Source: Thermotogota bacterium
GTDB lineage: Bacteria; Bipolaricaulota; Bipolaricaulia; UBA7950; UBA9294
NCBI GenBank assembly: GCA_039679545.1
Contig: JBDKUT010000090.1
Coordinates: 1-43,540 of the forward strand
Length of the DNA: 43,540 bases
Reading direction: 5' to 3'
This document shows, in pieces, positions 18,898-26,871 of this stretch. Under the pieces are notes generated by a model. It did not search any database, was not told the origin of the DNA, and saw only the letters and a program-made list of their open reading frames with translations. The translations under genes were made by a program, and so were the position numbers. Position 1 is the stretch's first letter. Every line of letters begins with the position of its first letter.

Positions 18898-20193
18898 ATG
18901 GCGACGATTTCCATCTCCGAGGCAAGGAGCCACGTCGGAGAGGAGGTCACCCTACAGGGGTGGCTGTACAACAAGCGATCGAGCGGGAAGATTCTCTTCC
19001 TGCAAGTTCGCGACGGAAGCGGGGTCCTGCAGGCGGTGCTCGCTGAGCCGGACAACCCGAGTCTGTTCTCCCTGGTCAATCGCCTTCCGCGCGAGACGTC
19101 GTTCCGAGTGACGGGAACGCTCCGCGAGGATCGCCGCGCTCCGAGCGGCTGCGAGATGCAGCTTGGCGGCCTCGAGGTCATCCAAGAGCCGACGGAGGAC
19201 TTCCCGATCGAGCTGAAGGAGCAAACGCCCGGCTTTCTTATGGACCATCGGCACCTGTGGATCCGCACGGGAAGCCAAGTCCCAATGCTGCGGATCAGCG
19301 ACGCGACGTTCCGGGCGTTCCGAACGTTCTTTTACGAGCGAGGCTTCGTGGCCACGGAAGCCCCGATCCTGACCGGGGCGTCCGTCGAGGGGACAACGAC
19401 GCTGTTCGAACTGGACTACTTTGGGGACAAGGCCTACCTAAGCCAGAGCGGACAGCTCTACCTCGAGGCGACGGCGATGGCTCTCGGGAAGGTGTACTGG
19501 ATCGGACCCGCCTTCCGCGCCGAGAAGTCGAAGACGCGCAAGCACGTCACGGAGTTCTGGATTGCCGAAGCGGAAATGGCGTTCTACGACCACCGAGCGA
19601 ACCTCGCCCTGCAAGAAGACCTCGTTCGGTACATCGTCGAATCCGTCGTCAAGGAGCGGAAGGACGAGCTCGGGCAGCTCAAGCGGGACGTGGACCAGCT
19701 TCTCGAAGAGGTTCGCGGCCCGTTTCCTCGCATCGACTACGGCGACGCCGTGAAGCTTCTCCGGGAGAAAGGCCATGAGGTCGACTTCGGCGACGACTTC
19801 GGCGCTCCCGAGGAGGAGACGCTCGGGAACCACTTCAAGAAGCCGGTATTCATCGAGCGGTTTCCCGTGCCGATGAAACCGTTCTACATGAAGCGCGATC
19901 CGGAAGACCCGAGCCGCGTTCTCGCTGCCGACCTGATCGCTCCGGAGGGGTACGGCGAGATCATCGGCGGAAGCCAGCGCGTCGACACGGTCGATGAGCT
20001 CCTGCGCCAGCTCGACGAGAACCACCTTCCTCGCGAGCCGTACGAGTGGTACATCGACCTGCGAAAGTATGGATCGGTGCCCCATTCAGGGTTCGGCATG
20101 GGTCTCGCTCGAGTTGTCACCTGGATCTGCGGAGCCGCCCACATCCGGGAGGTCATTCCTTTCCCGCGGCAAATCAACCGGCTCTACCCGTAG
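18898..20193 (+). CDS. asnS: Asparagine--tRNA ligase
   Basis: OB-fold 'GWLYNKRSSGKILFLQVRDGSG', 'YLSQSGQLY', motif 2 'FRAEKSKTRKH', 'GEIIGGSQR', motif 3 'PHSGFGMG'. Confidence 0.95.
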   Translation: MATISISEARSHVGEEVTLQGWLYNKRSSGKILFLQVRDGSGVLQAVLAEPDNPSLFSLVNRLPRETSFRVTGTLREDRRAPSGCEMQLGGLEVIQEPTEDFPIELKEQTPGFLMDHRHLWIRTGSQVPMLRISDATFRAFRTFFYERGFVATEAPILTGASVEGTTTLFELDYFGDKAYLSQSGQLYLEATAMALGKVYWIGPAFRAEKSKTRKHVTEFWIAEAEMAFYDHRANLALQEDLVRYIVESVVKERKDELGQLKRDVDQLLEEVRGPFPRIDYGDAVKLLREKGHEVDFGDDFGAPEEETLGNHFKKPVFIERFPVPMKPFYMKRDPEDPSRVLAADLIAPEGYGEIIGGSQRVDTVDELLRQLDENHLPREPYEWYIDLRKYGSVPHSGFGMGLARVVTWICGAAHIREVIPFPRQINRLYP

Positions 20194-20201
20194 TCGGTCG
20201 G

Positions 20202-22292
20202 CTAGAACTTCATCAGGATGTCGACAACGGCCGCACCGTGAACATCGGCAATCACGGGGTTGAGGTCGATCTCGCGAAGCTCTGGAAGGTCGACGCCGAG
20301 CCTGCCGACTGCCTGAAGCGTTCGAACGAGGGCCGGGAGATCGACGGCCTCCCGGCCACGGAATGCCTCGAGAAGTCGGAATGCCCGGATCGAGCGAACC
20401 GTCCGTTCCGCCTGGCCCAAGGTAATCGGGGCGACCGCAAAGGCGACGTCGCGGAGCGCTTCGACCAACGTGCCTCCAATGCCGAACATCGCAACCGATC
20501 CGAACGCCGGATCCCGCTCTAGACCGTAGATCAGCTCTCGTCCGGCAAGTGTCTTCTGCAGCATGATGCGGGCTCCGATCGGGCCCAGGGATTCCGCCAC
20601 CTTGCGGAGTTGCCGGATCGCGGCGGCGAGCTCGGTTTCGTTCTTGATGCCGGTAAGCACGGCCCCCCGCTCGAAGCGGTGGAAGAGGAGAGGCGAGTCG
20701 AGCTTCGCGACCATCGGGAAGCCGAGCGATTCAACGACAGCGCGGCCGGGCCGATCGCCCTTCTCTACGTACGCATACGGGCAGACGCAAACCCCGTACG
20801 CGGACAAGATCTCGGCCCCCTGGTCGAAGTAGAGCCCCTGCTGGCCGGCGGCCCTTGCAGTCCGGATCACAGCCTGCGCTGCGGAAAAGTCGGAGGTCGA
20901 GAGTCCCTCGGCGAGGCGGCCTTCCTCGCGCACGGCGCGCGCGCGGTTGAGCACGGAGAGCGCATCAACCGCTGTTTCGGGCATGGCATACACGGGGAGC
21001 TTGGCACCCCGGAGCCGCCGCACGGTTTCGGTGGCCTCGTCGCTCAGGGTGCAAACGAGAACGGGCTTCTCCGTCTGCGCCTGAGCGACCGCGACGATAC
21101 CGTCCGCAACAGTTTCCGGCGAGTCCTTCAGGACGAGCGGCGGACGGAAGATGACGATCGCCGCGTCGGTCTCTTCGAGTCCAATTTCGAGGCTTCTCCG
21201 GTAGTCCGCCGCGCCGGCCGTCGCGATCATGTCGATCGGATTGCCAAGTCCGGCCTCAGGTGGGAGGAACTCTGCGAGCCGGCGCCGCACGTTCTCGGAG
21301 AGTGCGGGCACCTCAATCCCGAACTTCTCACACGCATCCGCTGCGATGATTCCCGCTCCTCCGGCGTTGGTCAGAATCACGACCCTGCCGTCGCGAGGAA
21401 GGACTCCGCGCTCGAGCGCCCGCAACGCCGTCAGCGTCTCCTGAATCGTCGAAACGCGAAGCGCTCCGCACTGTTGAAGAAACGCATCGACTACGGAGTC
21501 GGAGCTCGCAAGCGAGCCGGTGTGCGATGCTACCGCCGCTGCTCCGGCTTCGGTTCGTCCGACCTTGAGGACCACAACCGGCTTCCGACGCGAAATCCTT
21601 TCGACCAGAGGTCTGAACTCCCGTGGGTTTGCGAAGCTCTCGAGGTACAGGAAAATCGCTCTGCACGCGGGGTCGTTCTCCAGGTGCTCGAGGAAATCGT
21701 TCTCCGACAGGCCCGCCCGGTTCCCGAGGTTTACGAAGAGCGAGACGCCCAGTCCGGCATCCTCGAAGCACTCAAGCAGTGTCTCCCCGACGGACCCGCT
21801 TTGAGAGACAAAGCCGATCTCCCCTCCCTGTGGGAACCACCGTGAGAACGAAGCGTTCAGTCGGATGCCGGGGATGCTGCGGATGATCCCCATGCAATTC
21901 GGTCCGACAACGTTCAGGTTGTAGCGCTCGATCAGCGTCCGAAGCGCCGCCTCACGGGCCACGCCCTCCGGGCCGCTCTCCTTGAAGCCCGCGGTGATGA
22001 TGACCAGATTCCGAATGCCACGGCGTCCGCAGTCCTCAACGGCATCGAGCGCCAGGTCTCGATTCACGGCGAGGATTCCGAGATCGACGTCTTTCGGCAG
22101 CGCGCTGATGCTCGGGAAGCATCGGATCCCGTTGACGTCCTCGTACTTCGGATTAACAGGGTAGATCTCGCCGGAGAACCCGCACCGCTTCAGGTTGCGC
22201 AGGATCTCCCCCGCGACCGACGCCGGCTTCGGGCTTGCTCCGACGACGACAACCGAGCCCGGGGAGAGAAGTCCCGAAAGGTCCCTACCCAT
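20202..22292 (-). CDS. ADP-forming acetate/acyl-CoA ligase family (CoA-binding + ATP-grasp)
   Basis: 'VVGAS', 'GPNCMG', 'SQSG', phospho-His 'SHTGSL', 'NAGGAG', 'NPID', and C-terminal 'EIDLNPV'. Confidence 0.9.
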   Translation of the reverse strand: MGRDLSGLLSPGSVVVVGASPKPASVAGEILRNLKRCGFSGEIYPVNPKYEDVNGIRCFPSISALPKDVDLGILAVNRDLALDAVEDCGRRGIRNLVIITAGFKESGPEGVAREAALRTLIERYNLNVVGPNCMGIIRSIPGIRLNASFSRWFPQGGEIGFVSQSGSVGETLLECFEDAGLGVSLFVNLGNRAGLSENDFLEHLENDPACRAIFLYLESFANPREFRPLVERISRRKPVVVLKVGRTEAGAAAVASHTGSLASSDSVVDAFLQQCGALRVSTIQETLTALRALERGVLPRDGRVVILTNAGGAGIIAADACEKFGIEVPALSENVRRRLAEFLPPEAGLGNPIDMIATAGAADYRRSLEIGLEETDAAIVIFRPPLVLKDSPETVADGIVAVAQAQTEKPVLVCTLSDEATETVRRLRGAKLPVYAMPETAVDALSVLNRARAVREEGRLAEGLSTSDFSAAQAVIRTARAAGQQGLYFDQGAEILSAYGVCVCPYAYVEKGDRPGRAVVESLGFPMVAKLDSPLLFHRFERGAVLTGIKNETELAAAIRQLRKVAESLGPIGARIMLQKTLAGRELIYGLERDPAFGSVAMFGIGGTLVEALRDVAFAVAPITLGQAERTVRSIRAFRLLEAFRGREAVDLPALVRTLQAVGRLGVDLPELREIDLNPVIADVHGAAVVDILMKF

Positions 22293-22836
22293 TCCCTCTC
22301 ATTCCCTTCACCATGAGCCAGACGAGGCCCACCATGATTAGGAGATCCCCCATGCTAAACGCCGTCGCCCCCGGAATCCACGACGGCAAGAAGAGCCAAT
22401 CCCCGAGGACGTTGAGGTGCGAGCCTTCCCCCATCAGGACGACGTTACCGTAAGTTCCGTCGGTGAGCAGGGCCGCAGCGACAGAGCCGAGGCCTGCTCG
22501 CTCAAGTGCCGCCACCGACGAGGGCATGTACCCTCCGTTCGCTAGGACGACCACCACATTGAGCAGTGCACCAGCTCCGATCGCCCACACCGGCCGGACA
22601 GAGAGGTTCAGGAGAAGCCAGAGGAAGAGAATGGCGTAGGACAGGACGTGCAGCTCCGGCGTAGCAAAGGTGACGAGCGGACGTTCGGAGAAGAGCGGGA
22701 AAATGAGGATCTGGATCAGGAGAGCAAGCGGGATCAGCCAGAGGGCTCGGAAGGGAAGGGACGGAAGGTTGCGAAGACGACCACGCAGGACGTATCCGAG
22801 CAGGATCCCTACGCCAAGCGCATAGAGGAAGATCAT
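22285..22836 (-). CDS. DUF5317-family membrane protein (LspA-like Asp pair)
   Basis: 'GYVLRGRLRNL', 'LNVVVVLANGGYMP' and 'LGDW...AFSMGDLLI', with about 5 TMs. Confidence 0.8.
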   Translation of the reverse strand: MIFLYALGVGILLGYVLRGRLRNLPSLPFRALWLIPLALLIQILIFPLFSERPLVTFATPELHVLSYAILFLWLLLNLSVRPVWAIGAGALLNVVVVLANGGYMPSSVAALERAGLGSVAAALLTDGTYGNVVLMGEGSHLNVLGDWLFLPSWIPGATAFSMGDLLIMVGLVWLMVKGMRGNG

Positions 22837-22846
22837 CCGCTGGCGC

Positions 22847-24139
22847 CTAAGCCGCTACGGGCGCCGCGACCTCAATGCCCGTCTTGCGGAGGACTTCGAG
22901 CAGGGCATCGGCCACCGCAGGATCGAGGTCCTTGCCCCGCATCTCTTCGATCATGTGCAGGGTTTCCTCGCGCGAGAACGCCGGGCGGTATGGCCGGTCG
23001 GTCACGAGAGCGTTGTAGATGTCCGCCGCGGCGATGACCCGCGAGATCATCGGGATTTGCTCGCCGACCAGTCCATCCGGGTACCCGCTACCGTCCCAGC
23101 GCTCGTGTTCGTGGCGCACGGCGTCGGCGACACCGGAGTAGATCTCTAGCCCCGAAATGAGCTCAGCGCTCGTGACTGGATGGTTCTTCATCACCGCCCA
23201 CTCCTCGTCGTCGAGAGTCCCCGGTTTAAGCAGGATCGAGTCGGGCACGGCGACCTTGCCAATGTCGTGTACCTTGGCCGCGATCTGGATGCGCTCGAGG
23301 TCTCCGTGGCCGAATCCCAGCTGTTGCCCGATTCGGACAGCCAAGTCGGCGACTTCCGTTGAGTGAACTGCTGTGTAGTGGTCACGCGCATCGAGAAGCT
23401 GGGAGATCTTTTCGAACGTCTGCCTTGCCTCAGTCTGTAGTTTGAGATAGCTTCGGAACGAGACGTGGACGAGAAAGAGCGGGAAGACCGCGAGGAACAC
23501 GTGCCAGACCGAGAGGGTGTAGAGGACCGCGAGGAGGAGGGCTGAGACACAAAGAACGACGTACTGAACAAAGAACTGCCGGAGGCTGCCAAGCAAGGAA
23601 CTCCAGAACGGTTTTCTCTCAGAGAGCGAGATAATGCCCATCACGAGAGAGATGTTGACAACGAAGTAAACCAGGAACGTGCCAACGGCGAGCGCGTAGT
23701 CCCTTGCGTCGGCCAGTACGAGATTCGGACGCCCGAATGCGCGGAGAAGAAGCCCGGCAACAGCGACGGTAACGACCAATTGGCAGACGTTGAAGGTAAT
23801 GGGTGCGACGGCGTCAACCCAGCCTCTTCTGCGGTTTCCCGTACGAAGAAGGACCTCAGAGACCAGAGACGATATCAGGACAAGCGGGATGGCAAGGTTC
23901 GGTCCGAGGATGAACAGCGCTGAAAGGTAGATGGCAATGGAGCTAGAGATCTCCCACTTGTAGGCAGGAATCCACGTCGCGTAGACCTCTGCGAGGACCG
24001 CCAGAATAGCAAAGATCCCGAAGATCGTGAGCTGCTGCGGGGAAGGGGGCTCGAGGACGCTAAGGCTGTATCCAAGCGCTACAGCGGCCGCTAGTGAGAC
24101 AATGCAGACGAGAAGCACCGCACGAACCGGAAGTCTCAT
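22847..24139 (-). CDS. Multi-TM sensor fused to an HD-GYP phosphodiesterase domain
   Basis: About 7 hydrophobic segments, then 'RDHYTAVHS', 'HDIGK', 'HEHERWDGSGYPDGL' and 'AADIYNAL..DRPYR'. RBS GGGAGG precedes ATG 24139. Confidence 0.92.
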   Translation of the reverse strand: MRLPVRAVLLVCIVSLAAAVALGYSLSVLEPPSPQQLTIFGIFAILAVLAEVYATWIPAYKWEISSSIAIYLSALFILGPNLAIPLVLISSLVSEVLLRTGNRRRGWVDAVAPITFNVCQLVVTVAVAGLLLRAFGRPNLVLADARDYALAVGTFLVYFVVNISLVMGIISLSERKPFWSSLLGSLRQFFVQYVVLCVSALLLAVLYTLSVWHVFLAVFPLFLVHVSFRSYLKLQTEARQTFEKISQLLDARDHYTAVHSTEVADLAVRIGQQLGFGHGDLERIQIAAKVHDIGKVAVPDSILLKPGTLDDEEWAVMKNHPVTSAELISGLEIYSGVADAVRHEHERWDGSGYPDGLVGEQIPMISRVIAAADIYNALVTDRPYRPAFSREETLHMIEEMRGKDLDPAVADALLEVLRKTGIEVAAPVAA

Positions 24140-24262
24140 CCAGCCTCCCATGCGCGGCCTGCGTCCTCAAGCGTAACGCGCAAACCATGGTACTCCAGGA
24201 CATGCGACCAAGCCAGTTGGTGCGGGAACTAGTGGCGACGCTCCGACAGACCGCCTGAATTC

Positions 24263-24400
24263 CTAGCCAGGATGCCACTTGAAGCTCTCGCACAGCAGCA
24301 GCCCCAACATCGCCAACGACACCAGGTAGTACGCCGCCTTGCCGCCCAACAGCTTCTTCACTTTCTCCTCCCCGTTCCGGTTGAACCCACACCACTTCAT
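24263..24400 (-). CDS. Small prepeptide copy 2: MKWCGFNRNGEEKVKKLLGGKAAYYLVSLAMLGLLLCESFKWHPG (45 aa; not in the ORF track)
   Basis: RBS AAGGAG, ATG 24400 and TAG 24263. It has a basic N-terminus, a hydrophobic core and a polar tail, and is near-identical to the adjacent copy. Confidence 0.8.
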   Translation of the reverse strand: MKWCGFNRNGEEKVKKLLGGKAAYYLVSLAMLGLLLCESFKWHPG

Positions 24401-24431
24401 GCTCGTCTCCTTGTCTCCGTCTCCCGATCGA

Positions 24432-24569
24432 CTAGCCAGGATGCCACTTGAAGCTCTCGCACAGCAGCAGCCCCAACATCGCCAACGACACCAGGTAGTA
24501 CGCCGCCTTGCCGCCCAACAGCTTTCGCACTTTCTCTTCCGCCTTGCGATTGAATCCGCCCCACTTCAT
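24432..24569 (-). CDS. Small prepeptide copy 1: MKWGGFNRKAEEKVRKLLGGKAAYYLVSLAMLGLLLCESFKWHPG (45 aa)
   Basis: RBS AGGAGGT, ATG 24569 and TAG 24432. It is the first gene after a sigma70-like promoter. Confidence 0.8.
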   Translation of the reverse strand: MKWGGFNRKAEEKVRKLLGGKAAYYLVSLAMLGLLLCESFKWHPG

Positions 24570-24633
24570 GCCTACCTCCTCATCATCGGATCTCGCTGCG
24601 CCCCGTTGATAGAGGGTCGCAGCCTGGTGATAT

Positions 24634-24662
24634 AGAATAACCATCCATGCTTCTTTCATCAA
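24634..24662 (-). promoter_or_regulatory. Sigma70-like promoter for the prepeptide/HD-GYP/DUF5317 unit
   Basis: TTGATG-N17-TATTCT on the minus strand, with an AT-rich upstream tract (TTATATCTAATATGCAAAG). Confidence 0.65.
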
Positions 24663-24836
24663 CTTTGCATATTAGATATAAGGCAACCCTCAGGATTCCG
24701 CCCAGGACGCCGGTCACCTTCACTCTGGATTCTCTACCGCTCGTTGCTCTCACGGAATTCGAGCATCGGCCGAAGGACGAGACCGCGACGCTACTGGACG
24801 AACGGCCGCGCGCCGAATCGCGCACCCTCCTGTGGT

Positions 24837-24865
24837 TTGACTTCCCTCCAGCCCAGCGATACAGT
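24837..24865 (+). promoter_or_regulatory. Sigma70-like promoter of the rpsF operon
   Basis: TTGACT-N17-TACAGT, about 30 nt upstream of rpsF. Confidence 0.65.
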
Positions 24866-24894
24866 TTCGCGAAGACCAATTGAGAGGTGTCAGA

Positions 24895-25179
24895 GTGCGA
24901 GAGTACGAGATTGTTTACGTGATTCGGCCGGACTTGACCGATGAGCAGCGATCAGCAAAGGTAGAGCGGATCCAGTCGCTGATCACCGAGAACGGCGGGG
25001 ATCTCGTGAAGACCGAGGAGTGGGGACGGCGCGTCTTGGCCTACGAGATCCGCCACTATACGGACGGAATCTACGGCTTCACGGAGTTCCGTCTTCCCCC
25101 CGCCGCCGTGAAGGCGATCGAGGGGCGGCTGAACATCGACGAAGAGCTTCTTCGCTACCAGATCGTGGTGAAGAACTAG
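24895..25179 (+). CDS. rpsF: 30S ribosomal protein S6
   Basis: 'MREYEIVYVIRPDL...WGRRVLAYEI...GIY'. GTG start after GAGAGGT, in the canonical rpsF-ssb-rpsR order. Confidence 0.95.
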   Translation: MREYEIVYVIRPDLTDEQRSAKVERIQSLITENGGDLVKTEEWGRRVLAYEIRHYTDGIYGFTEFRLPPAAVKAIEGRLNIDEELLRYQIVVKN

Positions 25180-25185
25180 AGGGCC

Positions 25186-25605
25186 ATGTCTGCAAGCCTG
25201 AACCGCGTCATCCTGATCGGAAATCTCACGGGAGACCCCGAGCTGCGGTATACCCCCGGTGGGACCGCTCGGGCGCGGTTCTCCATCGCCATCAATCGGC
25301 AGTACAAGGACGCATCTGGACAGCTCCAAGAAGAGGTGACGTTCGTCCCAATCGTGACGTGGGGCTCCCAGGCGGAGAACTGCGCCAATTACCTACGAAA
25401 GGGACGCTCGGTCGCCGTCGAGGGTCGGCTCCGGATCGATTCTTTCGAGAATGCCGAAGGTGAGCGGGTCAAGATCACCGAGGTCGTTGCGTCAACCGTC
25501 CAATTCCTCGGCGGGCCGACGCGATCGAGCGACGAGCCGGGCACGGTAAGCGCCCCGGCACCGAGTGACGAGAGTCAGCCGCCTGAGGAGGAGGTTCCTT
25601 TCTAA
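25186..25605 (+). CDS. ssb: Single-stranded DNA-binding protein
   Basis: 'LNRVILIGNLTGDPELRYTPGG', 'VAVEGRL', and acidic tail EEEVPF. Confidence 0.97.
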   Translation: MSASLNRVILIGNLTGDPELRYTPGGTARARFSIAINRQYKDASGQLQEEVTFVPIVTWGSQAENCANYLRKGRSVAVEGRLRIDSFENAEGERVKITEVVASTVQFLGGPTRSSDEPGTVSAPAPSDESQPPEEEVPF

Positions 25606-25608
25606 GTC

Positions 25609-25845
25609 ATGTTCCACAAGCGAAGACGAAAGTGCCGTGCGTGCGAAAACCAGGTAACTCTGGACTACAAGAAGCCCGAAGAGCTGAAGCAGTACATGAA
25701 TCGGCTCGGCAAGATCCTCCCCAAGCGAGCGACGCGCCTCTGCGCGAAGCATCAGCGTCGCCTGGGCGTAGAGATCAACCGCGCTCGCAAGCTTGCTCTG
25801 CTTCCTTATGTCGGGGAGAGAGAAGCGATGAAAGTTCGTCGCTGA
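25609..25845 (+). CDS. rpsR: 30S ribosomal protein S18 (Zn-binding C+ type)
   Basis: 'CRAC...LDYK...GKILPKRAT.LCAKHQR...ARKLALLPY'. Confidence 0.95.
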   Translation: MFHKRRRKCRACENQVTLDYKKPEELKQYMNRLGKILPKRATRLCAKHQRRLGVEINRARKLALLPYVGEREAMKVRR

Positions 25846-25878
25846 GGCTCGCAAAGCCCCTTTCCGCGCGTCGCTTCC

Positions 25879-26871
25879 ATGAGGAATGACCGACTCGCGG
25901 GGTGGCTTGCCGGTCGAGCGACTCCCCCGGAACCTACTCAAGGAGCCAAAGACCTCCTCGACGTCCCAGACAGGGCACCCGAGGAGGTCATTCTTTCCGG
26001 GGTTCAGGAGCCGGAGTTTCCCGGGACTCTCACGTTTGCGTCCGAGGTACCGTTCGACCTTCGCTTCCCGTCGGTGGGGAACCTGCGGACAAGCGTAGAG
26101 CGCATGCTTCACCTGCTCTACGGCATCGGACCCTGCCGCAGTGAACAGCTCCGCCGGCAGGGGTACGAGACGCTTGCCGACCTCACATCCCATCCGCAGT
26201 GGGGCGAAGGCGCGCGGGCGCTGCTTGACAAGTGGGGACGCCGGTGGGACGCCAAGGCCGTCTTCCACACCTTGAGAACGTGGCTGCCGGCGTCAGATCC
26301 CCTGTTACTGGCTGCCCTCGGGCTCGTCCCGCGGGAGCACATCCTCTTCTTTGACCTCGAGACGTTGGGGCTGTCGAACGCCCCGATTTTTCTCATTGCA
26401 ACGGCTCGTCTTGCGGACCGTACGCTCCTCGTCCACCAGCACCTGGCCACCTCCTTGGGAGGGGAGCGCCCTCTTCTCGACCGCTTCAGCCGTGAGCTGG
26501 AGAAGACGACGGCCCTCGTCTCCTACAACGGTAAGGCGTTCGACTGGAACCTCCTGCGGGAGCGTTCGGCCTACTACAGCCAGCGTCTCCCTTCCGTAGA
26601 GATTCACGCGGACCTTCTGCATCATGTCCGCCGGCAATTCGTGGGGCTTCTTCCGGACGCGCATCTCGCAACAATCGAAGAGAACGTGCTCGGGGTTCGA
26701 CGAGCGAACGACCTCCCGAGCTCGCTCGTTCCGTCGTTCTACTCGATGTACCTCGAGACTGGAAGCCCCGCGCCGCTTCGGCCGATCCTCGACCACAACC
26801 GGCAGGACATCAAGAGCCTCGCACTCCTTCTGCGCACGCTCCTCGGAGAGGCGCCCGATGCGACTCGATGA
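25879..26871 (+). CDS. RNase H-like (DEDDh) exonuclease, YprB/MrfB-like, with HhH motif
   Basis: 'FFDLETLGL', 'SYNGKAFD', 'HADLLH', 'HNRQDI', and HhH 'LYGIGP'. It overlaps the downstream helicase gene. Confidence 0.85.
   Translation: MRNDRLAGWLAGRATPPEPTQGAKDLLDVPDRAPEEVILSGVQEPEFPGTLTFASEVPFDLRFPSVGNLRTSVERMLHLLYGIGPCRSEQLRRQGYETLADLTSHPQWGEGARALLDKWGRRWDAKAVFHTLRTWLPASDPLLLAALGLVPREHILFFDLETLGLSNAPIFLIATARLADRTLLVHQHLATSLGGERPLLDRFSRELEKTTALVSYNGKAFDWNLLRERSAYYSQRLPSVEIHADLLHHVRRQFVGLLPDAHLATIEENVLGVRRANDLPSSLVPSFYSMYLETGSPAPLRPILDHNRQDIKSLALLLRTLLGEAPDATR

Larger units (their letters stand above)
24263..24569. repeat. Direct repeat, 169-bp offset; 93 nt identical (24263-24355 = 24432-24524)
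   Basis: Direct comparison of the two copies. Differences are confined to the 5' 45 nt of the ORFs, with no indels. Confidence 0.95.

Noticed and set aside
24263..24569. Direct repeat as a CRISPR array, IS end or att site
   Set aside because: There are only two copies, their boundaries coincide with ORFs that have an RBS, and there is no spacer pattern, cas gene or integrase.
24263..24569. Small ORFs as type I toxins or AgrD peptides
   Set aside because: I see no antisense RNA or RBS-sequestering hairpin. There is no agrB and no acidic AgrD-type tail after the Cys. A toxin role cannot be fully excluded.
24866..24894. S6:S18 autoregulatory RNA leader
   Set aside because: The predicted promoter leaves only ~25 nt of leader, and no CCG-containing stem is visible.
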